A stretch of 64,000 nucleotides of DNA from Macrostomum lignano (taxonomy: Eukaryota), in NCBI GenBank assembly GCA_002269645.1, contig NIVC01000362.1, forward strand, positions 1 through 64,000, given 5' to 3'. Of this stretch, positions 45,442-58,412 are shown in pieces. The position numbers and the translations under genes are program-made. The notes beneath the pieces were generated by a model that did no database searches, had not been told where the DNA came from, and saw nothing but the letters and a program-made list of their open reading frames with translations. Every line of letters starts with the position of its first letter. Within the stretch, counting starts at the first letter, position 1.

Positions 45442-46467
45442 TGGGACAGCTGTGAGTAGGGGAAATCTCCAGCAGTGATGCAGTGTGCGTGAGTGAGGCT
45501 GGTCTGGGAGGAGACCGCGGGTTGGCTGGCTTCTGAGTCCGGCTTGCGTGCCCGTCAGTCATGACAGGCAGCCGGGGACACCAACCCTCGCAGCCCCCCC
45601 CAAAACCCTGCTTTATCTGTCAGGCGCCGCACAGCCTCTGCTCATCATCACTTATACTTGCTTGGTCTTCTTTTTCGAAAAGCTTCAAATATTCTGCTAT
45701 TCGTAATTTTGATATTCGACTTTTTTAAGCCGACAGAAAAGGGCTTCAACCTGCCATCACTACAGCAAGATCAGCAGTTTATTATTGGTTAAAGAAAATT
45801 ATATAAAAGAATGCTGATTAACCGAAGAAACAGCTTCGATAGGTAAGAAGCGAGCTGGATGCTCAAACTTATCTATTCAAATATTCGTCTCAAAACCCGT
45901 CAGCAGGTGGGCTTCCAGTGGGTTGAAGAGGCTGCTAGGGCCCTTATTTTGTGTCATGAGGCTAAATTTTATTCCAATTTAAATTATTCCCAGCCATACA
46001 TGTGCATGTTGCTGAACTCATTAACTAAATACTGGCTAGGATGGCTCTCAACCTGGGTTGCGGAAAGGCCACGGAGGCTCTATTAGATAGATTATATCGC
46101 AGCTATTACACCCAGATGGGCAATCATTCCCTTCTCGATCATCCAGGGGCGTAAATAATTATTTTATTCAGCACGCTGGTTGATTGGGGCAGTTAAGCTG
46201 AGTTGCTGTTGGCGATGACAGGGGTGGGACTGACAGGTATGAGATAAAATAACTGCTATGGACAGCCAATGACTATAAAACAACTCAGCACTGCTCCGAT
46301 TGCACCAAGAGTTTTATGATGGGAGGAGAGTCGGGCCGCACTGTCGGTGATTTTATTAGAGATGCGCTGTGCTGTACGAGCGCTTCACTTGGATATTTTG
46401 CCGCCAATAAAACTGATGCTCGCAACTACCTGCAGTAAGTGTTGCGCAGGTTAAATGCTTGCGCAGG

Positions 46468-47339
<872 letters not shown>

Positions 47340-47667
47340 CTCACAAGCTCGCATAGCTAGACATTGCCTTTGTCATTCATCTATGCTAATGCTTATCTGT
47401 TTGGCTGAAAGCGCAGCTGCAGCAAAATCGATATCACGCAGGTTACAATAGCCAAAAGTTACCTCCGATGCATTAGAATCCGAGGGCGGTTTTGCTAACA
47501 AGCCGTGGCGAAGCGCAAACAAAAAGCGTCACAGCTGAGGACAATTTTAACTGTCCCTCAAGATCCGATAAATCTATATGCTGTTTTTGCCTAATGCAGT
47601 ATTAGAATCTTCCGATCAAGCTAGAATATGGGAAATGGAAAATGGCCCAAGTCCCCCCATAGCGGCC

Positions 47668-47682
47668 GTCGCCTATGGCAAC
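47668..47682. promoter_or_regulatory. Candidate RFX X-box (GTCGCC-TAT-GGCAAC)
   Basis: Exact match to GTNRCC-N(0-3)-RGYAAC. Motif match only. Confidence 0.35.
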
Positions 47683-49050
47683 GAGCTGATAGTGGAACTA
47701 TACAATTCTAGAAAGAGAGAGCTGTTTGCTTCGGTACACTGAAAGTTGAGATTTACTGATTCTGTTGGAGATTAGTTTAACTAAACTATGCTAGATTTCA
47801 GATCCTCATGCTAAGACTTTCTCCCCTATGCAGCATTCTCTAAATTCCTTTCATTTTCTTCCTCTGTTAGTCGCACTTGAGAACTTTGTGGAAACGAAGG
47901 AAGCTGCATCGCCCTTACCTGAATTGAAAGAGTTAATTGAAAATCGCTTTTCCATCCTCTAGAAGAGAGAGATTTGATGAAGGAGAAAGGGAGAAGAGGC
48001 CAGTTTAGTGAAAGAGATTTTCTTCAAAAGAAAAATTGAAGCATGAAAGTCTGAAAGCTGCTGCCCAGGAGGTTGAGGAGTTAAGGGCAATGTGAATTGG
48101 CCTCTTGTGCACCTGATGGCGGGGCTATCAGATGCTGCTGGCGTACAACAGAATAGCGGGCATCTGCCCCCCCCGCTCCCGGCTGCCCCAAGCACGCGCA
48201 GTTTCAGCTATGGGTTTGTCGTCATTTATTAATCCCCTAATTGACTGGCAGATTGCGCGGCCGACACACAGGGCAATACAACACAATTCTGACAATGCAA
48301 TATTGGACTAGTAGACGTTTATTTTATCGCTCGACTAGCCAAGCCAGACCCCCCGTCCGGGTTTGTACTTTCATCGACTAAAAAAAACCGCAAGGCTAGT
48401 CGCTGAGTCTACAATAAAACTCGCAGAGAGGATGTGTGTGTGTGTGTGTGTTGGTCATGCAGCTTGAAAACTCCCGTGACCGTGACTTTCCGGAAGCTGG
48501 CAGTGAAGAATGAAAGAGAGGAGAGAGCTAGTAGATGGAGAAAGAGTTACCGAATGAAAACTGCAAAGCAAACTTCTTGCTTCCTCCCCCCCCCCTAGTG
48601 TGTTTCTCTTCAACTGAGAGTAGAGTGTTTTCTCGATCCATTGTTCCCCGCAAACTCCGGGGTGAAAGTGGTAGCGGTTGGGATGCATCCGCTGTCAGTC
48701 GCTCCGTCTGCAGCATGGGGCGTTGCGTGTTTTTTTTAACCAGGAAGACAATCTCGCAAGGAGAAATCTCCACCAGTAAGTATCAAATTTGTCATTGCTG
48801 CGCCAGAAATGTTTCAACTGGTATTGAAAGCATTCACTCCGTGCTTTACTATTTGTTGTTCAGTAGCAAAATTATATGTTCTTCGAATTTATGTTCGTAG
48901 AAATAAATCAAAGGCTTATTAAATTTTCTGTCTTTGAAGCTGCAACAATCACCTCTGGCTTAAAAAATCAGTTTAAAACTAAAGATTACAGGAAAACTTG
49001 GAGCAGCCCAGCCAGACCCATGATGGGCTTTCCTCTTGGCCGCTGGTGTC

Positions 49051-49199
49051 GACTTTGACCCTCTCTCCTTACTGCTCTCTCATTGGCTGAGCTAGATTGG
49101 GCCTGCCTCCTAGGCTGAATTTCGTCCGTCTGACTTTGACCTCTCTCCTTACTGCTCTCTCATTGGCTGAGCTAGATTGGGCCTGCCCCCCTAGGCTGA
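49051..49199. repeat. About 68-bp direct duplication (49051-49118, 49132-49199), each copy with two ATTGG (reverse CCAAT) boxes
   Basis: Near-identical blocks read by eye, about 1.5 kb upstream of the EAAT coding start. Confidence 0.85.
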
Positions 49200-50755
49200 G
49201 CGTCGTTCGTCTTGCGTTCACTTGTGTACATCGAGTTAAATGCTTGTTGTTGATTCTTAACTCCATATGCTAATGAAGCCGCAAACCCCGAGGAAAGAGT
49301 GGGAATTTTATCTGCCACATTAAATTAAACGGACATTTAAAGAACAGGTTTGAGTTTTTAAATGAAAATTTATCAAATTCTTGAGATTTTCTACCATAAA
49401 CACTTGAAACACTACTAGATGTAGTCTAGAAGAGTAGTTTCGCTAGCAAAAGTGATTTTATTTACTCTAGAAATATTTGACTTACACTCATTGGCTTTCG
49501 ACTCATTTTGAGTTTAGAAAGACTTTTCTGGGAACCAATGATGCATGCAGTAGCTGCAAAATATCATAAATATTGACATCGAGACTGCCAAGCAGTAGTA
49601 GGCTTGCTTCAATTGACACAGACACTATCCAGTAACAGTTGAGCATGTCCAAGTCGCCAAGCTTCGCTCGAAATGCGATCGGATTTCGCAAAGAGGCGAA
49701 TCAAAATCTACAGGGCAGCGGTACAGAGTGAGTTAGTCAGATAAGGACTAATTTATTTCTATAGACATCGTCAATATAAATTGGTCTTTGAAAAGTCTTT
49801 GAATCATTGAAAGGGCCTCCTGTACTTTAGGCTGTGCTAATTAGAATGGAAAGTTTGACCAAAAAAATTTGGAGTTTCGGCCAAGTTATATGTTACAAAA
49901 ATGGGTTCCAATTTTTGGTATTTCACTCGTAAAATTACTATTTTTGCGTAGCAGCTTTCCCACAATGGTAATTAAATGGTCTTTGATATTTTGTGACGAC
50001 TTCGTTCATAACACCCTGAAAATGCCATATTGAACATGTGACTTGCACTGGATTGCCAGTGGATGTATCTGTGTACTCAGCTTAGGATCGGTTTTCATTG
50101 ATGAAGGAGATCACCCAGCTTCACATCGATGTCGACTGTGCAAAGGCGTGTGTGCAAATTTGTATTTATCGTCATCTTGAGTCAGGCCCAGTCGTACTCT
50201 ATGAAAATGGTTTGAGTAATTAAGGTTGAGGCGGTGTCTCCAATGCCTCTTTTAGGATAAAACAACATAGGCGTTAACTGTGGTCCCAATGGTGGCACAA
50301 TATTATTGCACTAAAGCACCAGTGACTGATGCAATGACTAGAACCATCTTCCAAGAACCATAATTGACTTGCATGAAGACCTAACAGTATAAAATTATGA
50401 AAACTGGTTTTGAAAGCTCACTCGCTGACCCTCAACCCAACTGAATGCACACTCTCACGGATACGTACGCATGCACACGATCACACTGGGTGTACAGCTG
50501 CCCTGGCTTTCTCATATTGAGTCATGTACACTCATTGTGCCGTGGGGGTTGGCCATCATGGTTCGAGAATTGCATTATAAGCACCCCGGCCGATTCTCGT
50601 GCAAATTGGGCCCCTGATCATACTTTTCATGGCTTTAAGTATTTTGTTAATCTGTATTTAGTCTTTTATAAAAGTCTTTTCTTAAAAGTCAACAAATCCT
50701 CCAAATTCACCAAAGCGACGACAACAACGAAGGCGGCAACAATACGAAGGAGCCG

Positions 50756-53700
50756 ATGCTGATCGAGGACGGCGGGCGCACCATCGACCCGAGCGGCGGC
50801 TCGCGTCACAAGCCAGCGTCGAAGCCGGCAGCCGGAGGAGGGCCGCACAATCGTCAGGGCGGTTGCGTACAAAATTTGAAGGCAACTGTGCTCGAGCCGG
50901 AGAACATGCTGGTGACCCTGACTGTGCTGTCTGTGGTGCTGGGCATCTTCATCGGCCTTCTAACCAGACTGGCTCTGCCCGGCGAGCGCGCCAAGATGCT
51001 CATCGGCTTCCCCGGCGAGCTGCTCATGAACATGCTCAAGATGCTCATCATTCCGCTTATTGTATCGTCGCTGATTTCTGGTGAATTCTGTTTTAATTAT
51101 GCTTATTGTCACGTGCTTTGATTTCTTATAAATTAGCTCAACTATTGTAGAAGCCAGAACTGAGATGAAGGGTTTCCAGGAGGCAGTTCCAAAACCATAT
51201 TTAATACTCAAAGTCAATATATTTATCCTATCTATACTTACGATTTTATGTCATTCTGGGATTTTTGAAGTTATATACAAGTTAGCTTTCAAAATTCAGA
51301 GGCAGAATGCAGTCATGAATTTGTAGAATGGTATTATCATTCTTGAGCCTGTCGAAATCTAGGATTTTTTGAGGACTCAAAGATTCGAGACCTTCAGATC
51401 TTCAAAGTAACTTGAAGCACTTCAAGATAGGCTTGGTTAATTTGCTTATAAATGATTAGGTACTAAGAACTCGGATACATTCCTTATGAAGGGTGACTAT
51501 AAAATTAGAGCGAGAAAAATTCAGTAATAACTGTTATATAAATTCGATTTAATCAACTTCTCAGGCCTCTCGAGTCTCGACGCGAAATCTTCCGGAAAGA
51601 TGGGGTCCTGCGCCCTGCTGTACTACTTCTCCACCACCATAGCGGCCGTCATTCTTGGCATAATATTAGTTGTCACCATTCACCCAGGCAGCTCCGAGAT
51701 TAAGAAGAGCGGCAACCAAGGCGAGAAAGTTTTGGCCAGACGGATGCCCAGCACTCTGGACTCATTTCTGGATTTGTTCAGGTGCGATCGTTGGTGAACG
51801 ATTAGTGTTCAACATGATTTAGGTAGCTAGCACTGAAAGCTTTTCAATGTCTGAAAGCATTCATGAGTTGTTATGGCTCGATATTTACCTGATGTAGACC
51901 GTAGTGAAAACCTATGCTTTTCTGGTCACGGGGTACTTTGAGTTTACCTTAGGTGAAGAGCGTTAATTAGACTAAGAGGTGGATTAGCTGTTAGGACTCA
52001 GAGCGAGAGACCATCAGGATGCTATAGTAAAAGCAAGCTGTTTTGCGCAACTCGTTAAGAAAATGCTTTAAATTCAGCTGACAACAATCTAATATATAGC
52101 CAGTGACTTTAAATTCGATATAAGTCTTGTTGTCAGTGGTGGGGTGGTAGTAGCCCAGTACATGGTTTAGCGCGGTGCTCTTATGTCATTACGCTAGTGT
52201 CAGGGCACCTCACAGTCACCTCTATAGGTCATTGCATTTCAACATTGCAGAAACATGTTCCCGGAAAATCTTATCGAAGCCTGCTTCAAACAAGTGGCCA
52301 CTGAAACTGTAGACGTGAATCAAACGTACTTGAATAAAACCACCAACACCACTGAGTGGATGATGGTGGAGAGCAGCAAAGTCACCAGCTTGTGGTCGAC
52401 TAATGTTCTGGGTAAGTGATGATTTTTTATTGAATGCCTATGTGAAGTGATGATTTATATCATTTATGATAATATTTGAGGGGAACTAATTAATAAAAAT
52501 AAAGAAAAAATACATACAAAAGGCAAGTAAACAAAACTATTTTTGACGTAATAAAACGAGAGTTAAAAATCTGGTTCGCAAACTGAGTATTCAAAAACTA
52601 TTTTTTTCGGAATTTCACAGGCCTGGTGTCATTTTCAATCTTTTTCGGCATCATCATCGGCCAGATGGGAGATCAAGCGCTGCTCATGGTGCAGTTCTTC
52701 AACATCATGAATGACATCATCATGCGCATGGTGAAGATCATAATGTGGTGAGTGATCAACGATTGAATCAGGAGCACATACGTGTACTATCTTGGAACTC
52801 CATGCATTGCAATAGAAGGTTCAAGTGTCCTTTAATAATCACCGACTGCAAAGAAACGTGCACAAAATAAGCTTTCAGCATGAAAGACGCAATGACACGC
52901 CCAAATGTTTTTTCTTCAATATAAGCTGGATTAAATTGAAAATCTGATTTGATGCTCTGCTGTTGAATCCGGAAACACCTGCCAGGTAATTTAGTTTTCG
53001 AATGGATAGAAGACACGACAGCTCCGCGGGAGTTAATTTTTTGTTTGTCAATCGGAAATTGTTTTTGTCTTTTATGAAGCTTCCTGGTTTAAAAAATTCA
53101 CAAAGCAAGACCTCCCAATGCTCGTGCAGTCAGAAAATTTATTAACAAAATTAACTGTCATCTCATACTGTTACAACATCGTCAAAATGCTCAAACGACT
53201 GCAGGTACTCACCGATCGGTATTTTCTTCCTGATTGCGAGCAAGATACTTCTAATCAAGGATCTGACAACAACTGCTCAGAGTCTTGGTCTCTACATGAT
53301 CACCGTGATCCTAGGACTCATCATTCACTCCTGCCTCACTCTGTCCGTGTCATTCTTTGTGATGACAAGAAAGAATCCGTTGACGTTCTTTCGCGGCATC
53401 TTCCAAGCCTGGATAACCGCTCTGGGCACGGCGTCCTCCGCCGCCACCCTGCCGATCACCTTCCGCTGTCTGGAGGAGAACAACGGCGTTGATAAGCGCG
53501 TCACTCGATTTGTGCTGCCCATCGGAGCCACGGTGAACATGGACGGTACGGCGTTGTACGAGGCTGTCGCCAGCATCTTCATTGCCCAGGTCAACGATAT
53601 TCCACTGAACTTTAGCCAGATCATTATTGTAAGGTAAGATCGTCACAGCTCTCACAATGAACAACTGGTATCATTCTACCGATTTCCACGGCTCTCACAC

Positions 53701-56674
53701 TGCGCATTCGGCATGTAGCGTATCCTTCTCAAACCTCGAACCCGCAGCCTAACGGCCACCCTAGCAGCCATCGGAGCGGCCAGCGTTCCCAGCGCTGGCC
53801 TGGTCACCATGGTGCTGGTTCTGTCCGCTGTTGGCCTACCAACTGACGATATCTCGTTGATTCTGGCTGTTGACTGGCTACTGTAAGACATCCTTATTAT
53901 TTATTTGGCCTAAACTTGATTGCGAGTAAACTTGTACAAAGTAATTAAGAAATATCTACTTGATAAGTAATTTGAGTCACAGATATCACAGACTTTTGTC
54001 GACAACAAAACAGCGTTGTACCGTATATTAGAAACTGAGAAAGAAGTAATCATAATCATAATCCCTCAAGCCCGATCTAATTACTCTTGCATTCATTCGG
54101 CTCTCCCTTATAATAAAATATCGTTCTACATCGCCTCTCTGCTCTCTCCTCAGTGGTCTGAGGTCTGAGAGAGATCCAGGCTGACTCCCTACCGGCCCTG
54201 TCAGAGTCGTTTAAAGTTGAGCGCCGCTCAAAAATATCCAATCCACTCGCGGTAATCAAGGTCTGGCATCTAACTGGCACTGCGGGGAATGAGTTGGGAT
54301 AGCCAAGGAGACCTTTGGCTAAAATCTGGATTGAGAAATCTTTCCAAAGTCCTCATTTTTCAATTTTTCAGTGTAGTTTGTGAGTTTGTGCTCAGAAAGA
54401 CTTCTGCGTCATTTTTTAAAACTGAAGCCAACGTTACCTAACGTAAATAATTCGTACAAATAACGGCTTTATTGTCGACGTCGACAGAGTATCTCGGCAA
54501 TTAACGTTTTCGTTACGCTTTGGGGCTCTCGTGTGCATGAAAATTGGCCTGTGCATGGTTTGTTGTGCAATTCACCTCAAAACCAACCCCAAAATCACAG
54601 AATGTTTAAATGCCAGCGGATAAGCTAAAAGTTGAATATGACTGTAGAATTTTCGGTGCCTTAAAAAACTTCCATCGAAACTATTAAGCGTAGCTCGTAA
54701 TCTTCTATCAATCCAAATGGCGCGATTTCAAAAAGTAAGATCTGGATACTTATTCAGTTTTTTAAGAACGACACCACCTTTCAAAAATATCAGCTGTTGT
54801 AGCCAACCTTAAGCTTATGTTGAAAACTAAGAAATTGGAAAAGAGTTTCACGTCAGATTCGGTCTCAAGTTCTCCTTGGTAGAAACACTCTTCCAGGGAT
54901 GGAGGAAGGCCAGCAGTGAGGCTTGTGCGGCGATGGTTTTTTTGTCAGTCTCGCGGTCCTGATTTTTTCTCTCGAAAAGCTAAGGAATATTTTTGGCTAG
55001 CGACATGTAAAGTTTTAACCCTCCTCCCCCGCTGTGAAGAAGCAACATCCCCTAAGGCGATGCTGGAAGAACTTTGGTGTCCAGAGCAGATCTGAGACGT
55101 TAATTAGAGCCCAGGTCGCGATGTTTTGTCTGCACGAAACTAATAATGAACGCGGAACTGTGCTCATGTTGCATTTATCCAGCTACTGAGATATTCGTAC
55201 AGTTCCCTCATTATCCTCGAAGGATTAATCGGATTGCGGATGTAACTTTTATAAAATATCCTTACAGGAGCGATGGGTAAAAGGTCCCAGCAGCTTGAAT
55301 CGCCTCTCCGACGGACTCTGTTTCTTAAAAGCAGCGTTAGCCAGAGCTCTTACAAGTGGGTTATTAATCTAAAACATCAAATCCCCCAACATCAACCCCT
55401 CACACCAAACATAAAATCCTCGCACCAAACATCAAATCCTACCACCACGAATCCTCCCCAAATATCAAATCCTCACTCCGAAAATCAACCCCTCACATCA
55501 AACATAAAATCCTCTCTCAACCTTAAACCTCCTACAACATCAACTCCTCCCTCGAACATCAAATACTCCCCCAAGCATCAACTCCTTACACCAAACATCA
55601 AATCCACCCTAAAACATCAAGTTCTCTCCAAAAACATCAAATCCTCCCTCAAGCATCAACTCCTCCCTCAAACATCAACTCCTCCCTCAAACATCAACTC
55701 CTCCCTCAAACATCAACTCCTCCCTCAAACATCAACTCCTCCCTCAAACATCAACTCCTCCCTCAAACATCAACTCCTCCCTCAAACATCAACTCCTCCC
55801 TCAAACATCAACTCCTCCCTCAAACATCAACTCCTCCCTCAAACATCAACTCCTCCCTCAAACATCAACTCCTCCCTCAAACATCAACTCCTCCCTCAAA
55901 CATCAACTCCTCCCTCAAACATCAACTCCTCCCTCAAACATCAACTCCTCCCTCAAACATCAACTCCTCCCTCAAACATCAACTCCTCCCTCAAACATCA
56001 ACTCCTCCCTCAAACATCAACTCCTCCCTCAAACATCAACTCCTCCCTCAAACATCAACTCCTCCCTCAAACATCAACTCCTCCCTCAAACATCAACTCC
56101 TCCCCAAGAATCAAATCCATCCCGAAAATTAAATCCCCCTCATAAGCGTTACTCTATGTATGACAAAAAGTATTTTACTCACTTTTTCGAGAGTTTAGGA
56201 ATACAATTTTCCTTTTTTCTAAAACAAAATTAAATTTCCTTTGGTTTTGTGAATTTAGTTTCATCAAAACTCGCCCAACGCACCCCCAGAGACCGGATGA
56301 GGACGTCAATCAACGTTGTGGGCGACGCCTTCGGCGCTGGCATTGTGGACCATTTCTGCCGGGGCGAGCTTCAAAAGCAGGACGCCGAAGCGGCCGCCGA
56401 GGCTCGCGAAGCGATGGAAGCTGCCGCTGTTGCCATGGAAACGGCTTCGTTTAGCGGCGGCGGAGGCGGCGGCAGCAGCGCCGGTGGCACCAGACGCCCT
56501 AGCGACTCTCGACAGCCTCGCCGACTCAGCGTGGCCGCGGCTCTGCAGATCAACGAGCAGCACCATCAGAGAGGTTTGTACCCGGCCGTAGCCATAGAAA
56601 CGGCACCGGCCGCCAATTCTGGCAGGCAGCGGTCGCTAGGCAACGAGCTGCGAGTTGAGCAGCCAATGTATTGA
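50756..56674 (+). CDS. SLC1A2: Excitatory amino acid transporter (SLC1A, EAAT2-like); join(50756..51080,51565..51781,52251..52411,52621..52747,53205..53633,53748..53882,56290..56674), about 592 aa
   Basis: Motifs [17 protein letters not shown]1 [12 protein letters not shown]7 [18 protein letters not shown]2 [12 protein letters not shown] and TM8 [18 protein letters not shown]. All introns are GT-AG with consistent phases (1,2,1,2,2,2). The start codon is uncertain because the frame is open from 50672, so an upstream exon is possible. The symbol denotes the most similar vertebrate member, not proven orthology. Confidence 0.92.
55365..56105. repeat. 19-bp C-rich minisatellite (CCTCCCTCAAACATCAACT) with a degenerate left part
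   Basis: In EAAT intron 6. It explains ORF 55273..56145. Confidence 0.95.
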
Positions 56675-57884
56675 GTGTAGCGAATGAATGTATAGGGACA
56701 CTAGTAACTAGAGAATGTTCATACACAGGCAGTCACTTTACGTGAATGACACTTTGGTATACATCGTCGAAAGTACATTTGGGATCTTTAATTAATATTG
56801 ATATCTATATGATAAGATCTCTTAATTAGGGATTAATTAAATACCTGGATGATGATGCGTAATTTTTACCAAATTAATCCCGAAAGTACGAAACTATAAA
56901 AAGTGACTTCATAAATATAGGGACGTTAAAAGTGTAAAGAAAAATTTGAATTCATTTTTGCACGGACTCTTTTAGAGATCAACAAGAACAAGAAAGGTCA
57001 TATTGCTAAGATTAGCTAATCGCATGAATGCAATAATAATATGAGTTGTTATCTGAGCTAAGAAATCATCCAAGTTCAAGTTTAAGGTTTCATTGGCTGC
57101 ATGATATTGTCACTGTTTTATAATATCTATTGACAATTCAAATGACCATGTGTGTTTTCATTCCAATTGAATGAATTATATATTCATCAATGAACCCTTT
57201 GTTAAAACTAATCTAGATAAGCACGGTTTTTGTTATATAGTTTTCAGCTATCACGAATTTTTGAATAACTTGTTTATTTTGATGCAGGCTAACCGTAACC
57301 AAATTATAATTCAATTAGCTGCACAAACTGGATACCGATAAACAAATTAATCTTATTAAATTCATGGCATTATATATTACATGAATGTCCAGAACACACA
57401 GTCTTTATTTCTCTCTCCTCCTTCAGATCTTTTGTTTAGTTAATCGAGACCTTTATCCTAAAATTTAAGCACGAAAACCGATAGATGCTACTTGAAATTT
57501 ATTATGATAAGTAGCCAGTTGAGACATTTTAGTAAATACCTTGACGCCCTGTGCTGATTAAGAACCGATGCAATACCGGATTATTGTTGCTAACTGCCAT
57601 TCCGATAACTTTTCGCAAAATATTTGTTTAACTGCACATATTTGGAGTGACTTTCTTAGTCAGCGACACTTCATCCCATAATTGTTAATCTACTAAAATG
57701 CACCATTAATTTAGCATTAAAATTGGTTTCAGTATCGAAAAACAGTGAATTAAATACCCATGCTAATGTTGAATAGTTACATTTACGTTAAAAATATTGC
57801 ACCAGTTGTTATTATGTGTATCCGAGGGACTAATAAGTCAACGTATATAGATGAGCTGTTATTATACAGCTCAATACCTGGTGT

Positions 57885-58412
57885 TGCAAATTTGGATGGC
57901 TGATGTTGCAGAGTTGGATGGCTGATGTTGCAGAGTTGGATGGCTGATGTTGCAGAGTTGGATGGCTGATGTTGCAGAGTTGGATGGCTGCTGTTGCAGA
58001 GTTGGATGGCTGATGTTGCAGAGTTGGATGGCTGATGTTGCAGAGTTGGATGGCTGCTGTTGCAGAGTTGGATGGCTGATGTTGCAGAGTTGGATGGCTG
58101 ATGTTGCAGAGTTGGATGGCTGATGTTGCAGAGTTGGATGGCTGATGTTGCAGAGTTGGATGGCTGATGTTGCAGAGTTGGATGGCTGCTGTTGCAGAGT
58201 TGGATGGCTGATGTTGCAGAGTTGGATGGCTGATGTTGCAGAGTTGGATGGCTGATGTTGCAGAGTTGGATGGCTGATGTTGCAGAGTTGGATGGCTGCT
58301 GTTGCAGAGTTGGATGGCTGCTGTTGCAGAGTTGGATGGCTGATGTTGCAGAGTTGGATGGCTGCTGTTGCAGAGTTGGATGGCTGATGTAGCAACTGGA
58401 TGGCTGATGTTG
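57885..58412. repeat. 22-bp minisatellite (TGATGTTGCAGAGTTGGATGGC)
   Basis: Tandem copies between the two EAAT genes. Confidence 0.97.

Noticed and set aside
54400-54785. Possible old MITE (degenerate inverted ends near 54406 and 54753-54775)
   Set aside because: The arms are too short and mismatched, with no TSD.
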